Source: an uncultured Planctomycetia bacterium (lineage in GTDB: Bacteria; Omnitrophota; Gorgyraeia; Tantalellales; Tantalellaceae). Taken from it: a stretch of 64,000 bases of DNA. Shown piece by piece: positions 49,320-59,072 of this stretch. Below the pieces are notes generated by a model that saw only the letters and a program-made list of their open reading frames with translations, had not been told where the DNA came from and searched no databases. Every line of letters begins with the position of its first letter. Position 1 is the first letter of the stretch. A program made the position numbers and the translations under genes. The DNA is taken from NCBI GenBank assembly GCA_964527765.1, contig CAZGQR010000005.1:2402-66401 (forward strand), given 5' to 3'.

Positions 49320-50231
49320 ATGACAAATGATACGCATAGCAGGAAAACATATGGCCTTCTGGGAAAGAATATAAGCTATTCTTTATCTCCCGTCATGCAT
49401 AATGCCGCTTTCAGGCATTTCGGTATTTCCGCCAAGTATGAACTTTTCGATATAAAAGAAAAAGACCTTGAGAGTTTTTTTCAAAAGCGTGTTTTGGGCG
49501 GCAAAATGAACGGTTTCAATGTAACTATCCCGTATAAGATGACGGTTTGTGACATGCTTAAAACGCGCGAGGATTGTGTTCTTGATGAGACGGCGGGCAG
49601 CCTGGGAGCGGTAAATACCGTCAAAGTCGAGGAGGAGGGGCTCCGGGGATTTAATACCGACAGCAGAGGTTTCCGCGAAGCCGTGTCAGAGGAGATCGCT
49701 CCGGGGCTTAAGGCTTTAGCGGACAAGAAAGTTTTTGTCCTGGGCGCCGGAGGGGCAAGCCGCGCGGCCTGCTTTTCTCTGGCATCATCCGAGCCGGCCC
49801 CGAAAAAAATATTCGTCTTTGATATAGACGGGACAAAACTTTCCTCAATGGTGGATTTTTTTGAAAGCTGTTTCGGCGCGGGCATATTGACGGGTGTCAC
49901 GGAGGGGGATATACCGCGCAAGCTGAGCGAAAGCGTTCTTTTGATAAATGCCACGCCTCTGGGCACAAGGAAAGGAGATCCTTTGCCCGTCCGGCCCGAT
50001 CTTCTTCATGAAAATATTATGGTATACGATCTTGTTTATGCAAGAGAGACGGAGCTGGTAAAGGAAGCAACAAAAAAGGGCCTCAAAGCGACAGGCGGTC
50101 TTGGCATGCTTGTCAACCAGGCTGCGCTGGCTTTTGATATATGGTCCGTTGAGAATTTCTATCTGGGGGATATAAAAGAGATCATGAAGAAAGCGGCCCT
50201 GGAGGAACTGGAAAGGCGCGGAAGGGCATAG
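49320..50231 (+). CDS. aroE: Shikimate dehydrogenase
   Basis: SLSPVMHN, GFNVTIPYK, GAVNT, NTD..GF, LGAGGASRA and GLGMLVNQA motifs. Confidence 0.94.
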   Translation: MTNDTHSRKTYGLLGKNISYSLSPVMHNAAFRHFGISAKYELFDIKEKDLESFFQKRVLGGKMNGFNVTIPYKMTVCDMLKTREDCVLDETAGSLGAVNTVKVEEEGLRGFNTDSRGFREAVSEEIAPGLKALADKKVFVLGAGGASRAACFSLASSEPAPKKIFVFDIDGTKLSSMVDFFESCFGAGILTGVTEGDIPRKLSESVLLINATPLGTRKGDPLPVRPDLLHENIMVYDLVYARETELVKEATKKGLKATGGLGMLVNQAALAFDIWSVENFYLGDIKEIMKKAALEELERRGRA

Positions 50232-50999
50232 ATGGAATATCTGCTTGTCTTTATTTTCGGAGCGGTTATCGGCAGTTTTTTGAACGTGTGTATTTACAGG
50301 ATACCTCTGGGGAAATCCATTGTCCGGCCGCGTTCTTTCTGCCCTTTTTGCGAGCATACCATCGGATGGTTTGACAATATACCTCTGGTGAGTTTTTTGC
50401 TTTTAAGGGGCAAGTGCCGTTATTGCAAACGCCCCATACCGCTGAGATATTTTGTGGTGGAACTTCTGACGGCGCTCAGCGGAGCAGGGCTTCTGTTTTA
50501 TTTTTCGCTGAGCATCCAGTTTTTTATTTACTGGCTGTTCACGTGCATTCTTATAACCGTGGCGGTCACGGATATAGAGAACAGGGAGATACCGGATGTT
50601 ATCAGCATCCCGGGCATATTTATCGGTGTGATCCTGATGACGGTTTTCAGGCTGGACGCTTCGGACGCGTATATCAGATCATTCCTGAATTCATGTCTGG
50701 GTATCCTGGCGGGGGCGGGCAGCATGTTCCTGCTGGGCTTTTTCGGCGAGCTGATATTCCGGAAAGAGGCCCTCGGCGGCGGGGATGTGAAGTTGATGGG
50801 CATGATAGGGGCTTTTCTGGGGTGGAAACTTGTCCTTTTGGCATTTTTCCTGGCCCCGATATTGGGCTCCGGTATAGGCATATTCATGAAGATCAGGTTC
50901 AGGAAGGAAGTGATCGCTTACGGTCCGTATCTGTCGGTCAGCGCGCTGGTCAGCCTGCTGTACGGGCACAGGATCCTGGATTACATATTCGGTCTTTAG
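50232..50999 (+). CDS. pilD: Prepilin peptidase / N-methyltransferase (A24A)
   Basis: GSFLNVCIYRIP, SFCPFC...NIPLVSF..LRGKCRYC, TD..IPD and GGGDVKL motifs. Confidence 0.92.
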   Translation: MEYLLVFIFGAVIGSFLNVCIYRIPLGKSIVRPRSFCPFCEHTIGWFDNIPLVSFLLLRGKCRYCKRPIPLRYFVVELLTALSGAGLLFYFSLSIQFFIYWLFTCILITVAVTDIENREIPDVISIPGIFIGVILMTVFRLDASDAYIRSFLNSCLGILAGAGSMFLLGFFGELIFRKEALGGGDVKLMGMIGAFLGWKLVLLAFFLAPILGSGIGIFMKIRFRKEVIAYGPYLSVSALVSLLYGHRILDYIFGL

Positions 51000-51037
51000 T
51001 TCATATTCTTATGATGTAGAGAGGAAAGGAGCCAGAG

Positions 51038-52162
51038 ATGTTGAGATACATGACGGCAGGCGAGTCGCACGGGAAGGGCATAATGGCGATTCTGGACGGC
51101 GTGCCTGCGGGTCTTGCGCTGGATGAGCAGTTCGTTAATAAAGAACTGGCCCGCAGGATGGTGGGATACGGCAGGGGCGGACGGATGAACATCGAAAAGG
51201 ACGAAGTCGATATTATAGCCGGATGCCTTAAAGGAGTGACCATAGGCAGTCCTGTCGGCATGATGATCCGTAACAAGGATTATAATATCGATAAGCTTCC
51301 GGAGGTGAAATGTCCCAGGCCCGGACACGCGGACCTGGCGGGCCTTCAGAAATATGGCATGAAAGACGCCAGGGGGGTCCTTGAAAGAGCAAGCGCGCGC
51401 GAAACAGCGGCCCGTGTGGCTGCAGGCGCTGTGGCAAAACTCATGCTGGGGGAGTTCGGCGTGAGGATATTAAGCCACGTTACCATGATCGGCGGGGTCA
51501 GCGCGCAGACAGAAGGACTTTCATTCGATAAGCTATGGGAGCTTTCCGAGGCCTCCGACCTGAGATGCGCGGATCGGGAAGCGGCAAAGCGCATGCGCGG
51601 GGAAATAGACAAAGCCGCCGAGGCGGGAGACACGCTCGGCGGGTCTTTTGAAGTGGTGGCTGACAATGTCCCTCCGGGGCTCGGCAGTTACGCGCAATGG
51701 GACAGGAGAATGGACGGCGCTCTGGCTCGCGCGGTCATGTCCGTTCCGGCCGTCAAAGCGGTCTCTATCGGCGGCGGCGTGGAATGCGCCGGCAGAAAAG
51801 GATCCGAAACCCATGATGTGATAACGTACGATACGCGCGAAAAAGCCTTTGCCAGACCTTCGAATAATGCCGGGGGGACCGAAGGCGGAGTGACGAACGG
51901 GATGCCGGTAGTCGTAAGGGGTTTCATGAAACCCATTGCCACGCTTGGCACCCCCCTGAAGTCGGTCGATATCGGCACCAAGCGCGAAAGCGCAGCCGCG
52001 AGGGAACGCGCTGACGTTACGGCCGTGCCTGCCTGCGGGGTTGTCGCCGAGACAGCGGTGGCGATCGAGATCGCATCGGCTTTTCTGGAGAAATTCGGCA
52101 GCGATTCCATGGCGGACATACGGCGGGGCTACAAGGCGTACATGGAACGCCTCAGGGGTTAG
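51038..52162 (+). CDS. aroC: Chorismate synthase
   Basis: TAGESHG, PRPGHADL, ERASARETAARVA, GG.EGG.TNG and KPIAT motifs. Confidence 0.96.
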   Translation: MLRYMTAGESHGKGIMAILDGVPAGLALDEQFVNKELARRMVGYGRGGRMNIEKDEVDIIAGCLKGVTIGSPVGMMIRNKDYNIDKLPEVKCPRPGHADLAGLQKYGMKDARGVLERASARETAARVAAGAVAKLMLGEFGVRILSHVTMIGGVSAQTEGLSFDKLWELSEASDLRCADREAAKRMRGEIDKAAEAGDTLGGSFEVVADNVPPGLGSYAQWDRRMDGALARAVMSVPAVKAVSIGGGVECAGRKGSETHDVITYDTREKAFARPSNNAGGTEGGVTNGMPVVVRGFMKPIATLGTPLKSVDIGTKRESAAARERADVTAVPACGVVAETAVAIEIASAFLEKFGSDSMADIRRGYKAYMERLRG

Positions 52163-52165
52163 GGT

Positions 52166-52693
52166 ATGAAGAATATCGTACTTGTAGGGTTCATGGGAAC
52201 GGGAAAAACGGTCGTGGCCAGGAAACTGGCCGATGACATGGGAAAGAAGTATGTCAGCACCGATCAGTTGATAGAGATGCGCGAAAAAAAGGCCATCAGG
52301 GATATATTCCGGGAGGAAGGCGAGCCGTATTTCAGAAAAGTCGAGAAAGAGATCGTAAAGGAGGTAAGTGAAAAAAAGGATCAGGTCGTGGATGCCGGCG
52401 GCGGGATCGTTCTGGACACTGAGAACGTGGAGAACCTGAAAAGAAGCGGAATAATGATCTGTCTCTGGGCGGATCCCCCGGCTATCTACGAGCGGACGAA
52501 AAAACAGCCGGCCAAAAGGCCTCTTCTTAATGTTGATGACCCCCGCAAACGCATCAGGGAGCTGGTGGAGCACCGGCGTTCTTTTTACGAGAAGGCGGAT
52601 CATCACGTTGATACTACGGATCTTGATGTGGCCGGTGTAGTTGAACAAATAAAAAGGATCATAAATGAAAAAGAAAAAAAGTCTGAGCAGTAA
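52166..52693 (+). CDS. aroK: Shikimate kinase
   Basis: GFMGTGKT, GEPYFRKVE, GGG and RPLL motifs. Confidence 0.94.
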   Translation: MKNIVLVGFMGTGKTVVARKLADDMGKKYVSTDQLIEMREKKAIRDIFREEGEPYFRKVEKEIVKEVSEKKDQVVDAGGGIVLDTENVENLKRSGIMICLWADPPAIYERTKKQPAKRPLLNVDDPRKRIRELVEHRRSFYEKADHHVDTTDLDVAGVVEQIKRIINEKEKKSEQ

Positions 52694-53696
52694 GGGAAAA
52701 ACGGATAAGAGCGTTTTTTTCGGCAGGATATTGTTGAAAAAATTGCTCCGGAACATTGATGCTTCCGTGATGGTAACGGATAGCAGGGGACGCGTGGTCT
52801 TTGTAAATGAAAAATATACCGACTTTTTCCGTATTCCGAAAAAAGATATCATGCAGAAATACTGGATTAAGAAGATCATACCCGAATCCGGACGCCGCGC
52901 GGTTAAAAAGATATTCAACGACATAAAAAATAAGAAGGTTCTTACCCGGTTCGACGCCCCGGTTTCAACGGGACGAAGACCGGAAAAGTGCCTTTGCTGG
53001 ATAGGTGTCCCCTTAAAGGAAAAACGGTCTTATTTCTACATGTTCATGGGCAGAGAGGTAAGGTGCCGCTCGAAAAGCGCGGTTAAGGTTCATGCTTCTA
53101 CCCCGAAGGCGCTGGACAGGTCTTACAGGGAGGTCATTGAGACGCTTTTTACGGCTTCGAAGATCAGCGAGCCCGGCACCGCGGAGCACGCCCTCCGCGT
53201 TATGTCGTTCGCCATTGCCCTGGCCAGGGAACTGAAGATCAGCAAGAGGAGAATAGAAACGCTGAAAATAGCCTGCCTTCTTCATGACCTCGGAAAACTG
53301 GTAGTGGACGAGAACATCCTGTTCAAAAAAGGCAAATTGAACAAGAAGGAATTTGACCAGATCAAAAAACATCCGCATTGGGGATCCGAAGTGATCAGTC
53401 TTGTTTATTTTCTGCGCGATATAATACCTATCATGGCCAACCATCACGAGAATTACGACGGCAGCGGCTATCCCACGGGGGTCAAAGGCGAGGACATACC
53501 GCTGGAAGCGAGAATATTGAGCGTGGCGGATGTTTATGAGGCATTGACCGCGGACCGTCCGTACCGAAAAGGCTTTTCCCCGGAAGAGGCGATCACCATA
53601 ATGGAAGGTGAAAAAGGGCAAAAACTGGATCCGAAGCTTACGGATGTCTTCCTTGATATGGTGAAGAAAGGAAAGTTCAAGGGAGTAAAATATTGA
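52665..53696 (+). CDS. PAS plus HD-GYP domain protein (putative cyclic-dinucleotide phosphodiesterase)
   Basis: N-terminal VMVTDSRGRVVFVN (PAS-like); LHDLGK, HHENYDGSGYP and ADVYEALT.DRPYRK motifs. Confidence 0.87.
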   Translation: MKKKKSLSSKGKTDKSVFFGRILLKKLLRNIDASVMVTDSRGRVVFVNEKYTDFFRIPKKDIMQKYWIKKIIPESGRRAVKKIFNDIKNKKVLTRFDAPVSTGRRPEKCLCWIGVPLKEKRSYFYMFMGREVRCRSKSAVKVHASTPKALDRSYREVIETLFTASKISEPGTAEHALRVMSFAIALARELKISKRRIETLKIACLLHDLGKLVVDENILFKKGKLNKKEFDQIKKHPHWGSEVISLVYFLRDIIPIMANHHENYDGSGYPTGVKGEDIPLEARILSVADVYEALTADRPYRKGFSPEEAITIMEGEKGQKLDPKLTDVFLDMVKKGKFKGVKY

Positions 53697-54814
53697 ACAA
53701 AACATGCCGTGATATCATAGCCCTGAATCTTGTCCGGGGACTTGGCCCGCGAAAGGTCATATCTCTCCTGGAGAAGGTCCGTGATACGGAGGAGATATTC
53801 TGCATGCCGGATTCCCGGCTGGTCGGGATCGCAGGAGGGCGTTCCGATTGGGTCGGTGAGATGAGATCGATCAGGAGTTCCGGAAAATATGCCGAAGAAA
53901 TAGCGTATATCGAACAAGAAGGGATAGACGTTTTATGCTACAGGGACAGGGCTTATCCGGAACCGTTGAGGAATATATATGACCCGCCGCCGGTCCTTTA
54001 TTGCAAGGGAGATCTGAACCGGCGTGATGCAGGTGCAGTGGCTATAGTGGGAGCCAGAAGATGTTCGGCATACGGGCTCCGGATGGCGGAACGGCTTGCG
54101 TTCGATCTTGTTAAGAAAGGAGTAACGGTCATAAGCGGTATGGCCAGGGGTATAGATTCCGCGGCGCACAGAGGCGCCTTAAAAGCCGGGGGACGGACGA
54201 TAGCGGTCATGGGGAGCGGGTTTCGGCATATATATCCGTCAGGGTCCGGGAAGCTTATGCGGACCATATCCGCAAGCGGCGCGGTCCTTACGGAATACCC
54301 ATCCGATACCCGGCCTTCTAAGGGGAGTTTTCCCAGGCGGAACAGGATCATAAGCGGCATGGCCGGGGGAGTCGTGGTCGTGGAAGCCGCCCAAAAAAGC
54401 GGCGCCATGATAACAGTGGATCTGGCGCTTCAGCAGGGCAAGGAAGTATTCGCGGTCCCCGGGCGTATTGATTTTCATACATCGAGCGGGACCAACCTGC
54501 TCATACAGAACGGCGCAAAATTGGTGACAAACGCGGATGATATACTCGAGGAACTTGATCTGTGGAGGCACGGCAGGCCCGCTGGCGGAGAACAGGAAGG
54601 GAGGAACGCCGGGGCGTGCGAGCTGGACGAGACCGACCGCGTGGTCTTGAGAACGCTGGAGAAGATGCCCCCGGTCCATGTTGACGAGATTTCCGAGAGG
54701 ACGGGAATAGATCCGAAGGTATTGCCGGAAGCCCTGCTCAGGCTGGAGGTCAAAGGCCTGGTAAAGGCGCTGGCAGGCAGAAATTATGCGCTCGGTCGGT
54801 GCGCGCGCAATTAG
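53693..54814 (+). CDS. dprA: DNA-processing protein DprA/Smf
   Basis: IYDPPPVLY, AIVGAR..S.YG, ISGMARGID.AAH, FPRRNRIISG and EVFAVPG motifs. Confidence 0.95.
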   Translation: MNKTCRDIIALNLVRGLGPRKVISLLEKVRDTEEIFCMPDSRLVGIAGGRSDWVGEMRSIRSSGKYAEEIAYIEQEGIDVLCYRDRAYPEPLRNIYDPPPVLYCKGDLNRRDAGAVAIVGARRCSAYGLRMAERLAFDLVKKGVTVISGMARGIDSAAHRGALKAGGRTIAVMGSGFRHIYPSGSGKLMRTISASGAVLTEYPSDTRPSKGSFPRRNRIISGMAGGVVVVEAAQKSGAMITVDLALQQGKEVFAVPGRIDFHTSSGTNLLIQNGAKLVTNADDILEELDLWRHGRPAGGEQEGRNAGACELDETDRVVLRTLEKMPPVHVDEISERTGIDPKVLPEALLRLEVKGLVKALAGRNYALGRCARN

Positions 54815-54840
54815 ATATAAGTCAGGAAGGAGCAAGTTTT

Positions 54841-56907
54841 ATGCCGGCTAGGAAAAAGAAAACTTCAAAAAGCGGTTCCGCGGGAACGAAGTTTCTGGTG
54901 ATCGTCGAGTCACCGGCGAAATCAAAGACCATAAACAAGATCATGGGAAAAGATTATGAGGTTCTTCCCAGCATGGGGCATATTGTCGACCTGCCCGAAG
55001 ATAAAATGGGCATCGATATCGAGAACGGTTTTAAGCCTGAATACACCGTCATGAAAGGACGTAAAAAATATCTGACCAACTTGAAAAAAGCAGCAAAAGA
55101 CGCGGAAGCGATATATCTGGCGGCTGACCCCGACAGGGAAGGAGAAGCCATATGCTGGCACATCAAAAACCAGCTTGCGAAGGGCAAGGATAATATATAC
55201 AGGGTGAGTTTTGAAGAGATCACCGGTAAGGCGGTAAAAGACGCTTTTGAACATCCCCGCTCGCTGGATATGAACAAAGTGAACGCCCAGCAGGCAAGAA
55301 GGATCATGGACAGGATAGTGGGCTATTCCCTGAGCCCGCTTTTATGGAAGAAGATCACACGGGGATTGAGCGCCGGCCGGGTGCAGTCCGTAGCGGTCAA
55401 GCTGATAATCGAAAGAGAAGAGGACATAAGGAAGTTCAGATCACAGGAATACTGGAGCGTGGATGCCGTCCTCAGGAAAAAGGGCGGTGCCTCCGGGAAA
55501 AAAGCGGATACCTTCAGGGCCAAACTGCTGAAACATAAGGGGGAAAAGGTCCATATTCCGGATAAAAGGAGCGCCGAAGGAATAGTTTCCGACCTAAAGA
55601 AAGAAGAATTTGTCGTCGGCGACATCAGCCGGAAAGAGAAAAAGAGCTACCCGCGTTCGCCTTACACCACTTCAGTCCTGCAGCAGGATGCGTTCAATAA
55701 GCTGAATTTCTCCGCCAGTAAGACAATGAGGATAGCACAGGGACTTTATGAAGGCGTTGAGCTCGGCGAGGAAGGAAGTGTGGGGTTGATCACTTACATG
55801 CGCACGGATTCGGTCCGGATATCGAACGATTCCCTGAAGGAAGTGCGTCAGTATATTCTGGATAAGTACGGGGAGAAATACTGTCCGCCGTCACCGCCGA
55901 AGTACAAGTCCGGGAAGAGGGCCCAGGAAGCCCATGAGGCGATCCGCCCGACGCTTCCTCTGCGGCCTCCGGAGGACGTGACTTCTTATCTTTCTTCCGA
56001 CGAACTCAAGCTGTACAAGCTGATATGGAAGAGATTCGTTTCCAGCCAGATGCAGAGCGCGCTTTTCTCCGTCCTGACGGTGAATATCAATGCCGGTCCT
56101 TACAGGTTCCGGGCGGGCGGCGGCCAGCTTGTTTTTGACGGGTTTTTGCGTCTTTACAGAGAGGACAGCACGCGTGAAGAGGAAATAAGCGAAATGCCGC
56201 CCCTTGAGAAAGGAGAGGCCCTTGATACCCTGGAAATAATCCCCGAGCAGCACTTTACCAAGCCGCCACCGCGTTATTCGGACGCGTCCCTGGTCAAGGT
56301 CCTTGAAGAGAAGGGCATAGGAAGGCCGTCGACCTATGCGCCTATCATTCGAACGATCATAAGCCGGAATTATATCAAAAGGGTGAGCAGGAATCTGCAT
56401 CCCACGGAACTCGGGGAGCTGGTAAACAAGCTTCTTATCGAGAATTTCCCCAATATAATCAACGACGAGTTCACTGCGAAAATGGAAAACGAACTGGACG
56501 GGGTCGAGGACGGAAAAATAAAATGGGTCACCGTTATCAAGGATTTCTATACTCCTTTTTCAAAGAAACTTGAAGAGGCCAGGGAACGGATGAGCAGCGT
56601 TAAGCGCCAGGTCATAGAAACGGATCAGGTATGCGAAAAATGCGGAAGGCCCATGGTCATTAAATGGGGCCGCCGCGGACGTTTCCTGAGCTGTTCCGGG
56701 TTCCCCGCCTGCAAGAACGCCAAGTCCATAACGACCGGGATAAAGTGTCCGATGGAGGGATGTGACGGGGAGCTTGTCGAACGTAAATCTGCCAGGGGGA
56801 TGTTTTACGGGTGCACCAATTATCCCAAATGCACCTATGTGACGAAAAAACTTCCGCAGGAAACCGGGGACTCCGGGGGTAAAGAGGGCCAGGTAGAAGA
56901 GGAATGA
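54841..56907 (+). CDS. topA: DNA topoisomerase I
   Basis: VESPAK, DPDREGE, SAGRVQS, ITYMRTDS, GIGRPSTY and C-terminal zinc ribbons. Confidence 0.97.
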   Translation: MPARKKKTSKSGSAGTKFLVIVESPAKSKTINKIMGKDYEVLPSMGHIVDLPEDKMGIDIENGFKPEYTVMKGRKKYLTNLKKAAKDAEAIYLAADPDREGEAICWHIKNQLAKGKDNIYRVSFEEITGKAVKDAFEHPRSLDMNKVNAQQARRIMDRIVGYSLSPLLWKKITRGLSAGRVQSVAVKLIIEREEDIRKFRSQEYWSVDAVLRKKGGASGKKADTFRAKLLKHKGEKVHIPDKRSAEGIVSDLKKEEFVVGDISRKEKKSYPRSPYTTSVLQQDAFNKLNFSASKTMRIAQGLYEGVELGEEGSVGLITYMRTDSVRISNDSLKEVRQYILDKYGEKYCPPSPPKYKSGKRAQEAHEAIRPTLPLRPPEDVTSYLSSDELKLYKLIWKRFVSSQMQSALFSVLTVNINAGPYRFRAGGGQLVFDGFLRLYREDSTREEEISEMPPLEKGEALDTLEIIPEQHFTKPPPRYSDASLVKVLEEKGIGRPSTYAPIIRTIISRNYIKRVSRNLHPTELGELVNKLLIENFPNIINDEFTAKMENELDGVEDGKIKWVTVIKDFYTPFSKKLEEARERMSSVKRQVIETDQVCEKCGRPMVIKWGRRGRFLSCSGFPACKNAKSITTGIKCPMEGCDGELVERKSARGMFYGCTNYPKCTYVTKKLPQETGDSGGKEGQVEEE

Positions 56908-57782
56908 TGATGGAACGGTTCATAGAAAAATTTTCCAAATATCTGACCGTCGAGAAAAATTACTCGGAACATACCTTGCGCAGCTACAGGTCCGACCTCA
57001 AAGAGCTGGCGGACTTTCTGAAGAACAAGGACCCCAAGAACATAAATCATCTTGACCTGAGACGTTTCCTGGCGGAGCTCAGGAGGAAAACTCGCTCCAA
57101 GCGCACGATCGTCAGGAAGCTCGGCGCGATACGGTCCTTTTTCCGCTTTCTTTCCAGGGAAAAGCACATAAAGACCAATCCCGCGGACAGCGTGTTTACT
57201 CCAAAGATGGACAAGAAACTCCCGGAATTCCTCGATCTGGAAAACACGCTGAAACTGGTCACGGCTCCGCCGCTGGACAATATCCTGGGGCTCCGGGACA
57301 GAGCGCTTCTTGAGGTTTTGTATTCCACGGGGATACGCGTTAGCGAGCTGGTAGGCCTGAACGAGGAAAATGTGGACCTGATAGGCGGAATGGTCAAGGT
57401 CAGGGGAAAAGGCAAAAAGGAAAGGATAGCTCTCCTGGGCAGCGAGGGCCAGCGAGCGATCCGGAATTATGTGAAGGAAAAACATTCAAGGATCCCCGGC
57501 GTGTCCGGAGCGCTTTTTATCAACAAACGCGGAACGCGGCTTTCCGACAGAAGCGTCAGGAGGATCATAGGTAAATATGTCAGACAGTGCAGTATAGAAC
57601 AGAAGATATCCCCCCATTCAATCCGGCATTCTTTCGCGACGCATTTGCTTGATAACGGGGCCGACCTGAGAAGCGTACAGGAACTGCTGGGTCATAAGAA
57701 TCTATCGACGACGCAAATTTATACGCATCTTGGTTCGCAGCGTATCAGGGAAATATATTCCAAGGCGCATCCCCGTGCATGA
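56904..57782 (+). CDS. xerC: Tyrosine recombinase XerC
   Basis: RDRALLEVLYSTGIRVSEL, HSIRHSFATHLL, LLGH...TTQIYTH; dprA-topA-xerC order. Confidence 0.88.
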   Translation: MMMERFIEKFSKYLTVEKNYSEHTLRSYRSDLKELADFLKNKDPKNINHLDLRRFLAELRRKTRSKRTIVRKLGAIRSFFRFLSREKHIKTNPADSVFTPKMDKKLPEFLDLENTLKLVTAPPLDNILGLRDRALLEVLYSTGIRVSELVGLNEENVDLIGGMVKVRGKGKKERIALLGSEGQRAIRNYVKEKHSRIPGVSGALFINKRGTRLSDRSVRRIIGKYVRQCSIEQKISPHSIRHSFATHLLDNGADLRSVQELLGHKNLSTTQIYTHLGSQRIREIYSKAHPRA

Positions 57783-57803
57783 TCTATTAGGACAGGGTTT
57801 GAT

Positions 57804-59072
57804 ATGAGGTTATTATACGATTTATTCTTTTTGGTCTTCAGTGTCCTGTATTTTCCGTATCTCCTGGTGAAAGGCAAGGCGCACAGGGACTTTTTGCAGA
57901 AATTCGGGTTTTTACCGAAGAGCGTGACATCTCTTACCGGTTCCGTGTGGATACACGCCGTGAGCGTCGGGGAGGCCGTACTGGCGGCAAAATTATCCGC
58001 CGGGCTCAAGAAACGGTTCCCGGACGTTCCGGTCATTGTTTCAACGACCACGCAGACAGGCAATGATATGATACACAAATCCGGGAAAGGCATCCTTGAC
58101 GCCGTTTTCTATTATCCGCTGGATATGAGCCATATCGTCTCCCGTGTCGTGAAGCTTTTGAGACCGCGCTTGTATGTGATGATAGAAACAGAATTGTGGC
58201 CGAACCTTCTGGAGGAGCTTCATTCCAGAAGTGTCCCGGTCGTGCTTGTGAACGGAAGGATATCGGATGCCTCTTTTACCAATTACAGAAAGATAGGGTT
58301 TGTTACCAGGCGTATTCTCGGGTGCATCGGGTGCTTTTGCATGCAGTCGGAGAGAGATGCGGTAAAGATAAAGCGGCTGGGCGCCCCGGCCGAGAAGGTA
58401 TTCGTTACGGGGAACATGAAATTTGACGAGGGTGAAACCCCTGCCGGGACTTCGGGTCTCAGCAGGGAATACCTGGGGTTCGGCAAGGACGATAAGATCA
58501 TTGTGGCAGGAAGCACCCATTTTCCCGAGGAGAGGTCGATAATCGACGTTTATAAAAATTTAAAGAGAGAACAGGGCGATCTGAGGCTTATCCTGGCTCC
58601 CAGGCATGTGGAAAGGGTGGACGCCGTAAGGACGTATGTTGAAAGATCCGGACTGAGCTATAACTATTTTTCAGACATTCTCGGGAAGGATAAGGCGCCT
58701 CCCGCCGGGTGCGACATCCTTCTGGTGGATACCATAGGGCATCTCAAGGATCTTTACGGCATCGCGACCGTGGTCTTTATAGGAGGGAGCCTCGTCAGGA
58801 AGGGAGGCCAGAACCCCATAGAGGCGGCGCGGTGGGGGAAGGCCGTTGTTTTCGGGCCGCACATGTCCAATTTCCGGGAAGTGGCCGATGTATTTCTGGA
58901 GAATGAAGCGGCGGTGCGCGTAAAGGATGTCCCCCAGTTTGAAAGGGAATTGAAGAAGCTTCTGAGCGATCCGGGCAGAAAGGACCGAATGGCCAGAAGC
59001 GCCCGGGAAGTCATAGAACGGAACTCGGGCGCTATCGGCAGAACGGTGGAAAAGATAGAGCAATATATATGA
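57804..59072 (+). CDS. waaA: Kdo transferase
   Basis: WIHAVSVGE, ETELWPN, NGRIS, GSTH, APRH and GGQNPIEA motifs. Confidence 0.94.
   Translation: MRLLYDLFFLVFSVLYFPYLLVKGKAHRDFLQKFGFLPKSVTSLTGSVWIHAVSVGEAVLAAKLSAGLKKRFPDVPVIVSTTTQTGNDMIHKSGKGILDAVFYYPLDMSHIVSRVVKLLRPRLYVMIETELWPNLLEELHSRSVPVVLVNGRISDASFTNYRKIGFVTRRILGCIGCFCMQSERDAVKIKRLGAPAEKVFVTGNMKFDEGETPAGTSGLSREYLGFGKDDKIIVAGSTHFPEERSIIDVYKNLKREQGDLRLILAPRHVERVDAVRTYVERSGLSYNYFSDILGKDKAPPAGCDILLVDTIGHLKDLYGIATVVFIGGSLVRKGGQNPIEAARWGKAVVFGPHMSNFREVADVFLENEAAVRVKDVPQFERELKKLLSDPGRKDRMARSAREVIERNSGAIGRTVEKIEQYI

Noticed and set aside
56904-57782. Tyrosine recombinase as a mobile-element integrase
   Set aside because: Size, motifs and dprA-topA-xerC context fit housekeeping XerC; no att sites or cargo genes seen.
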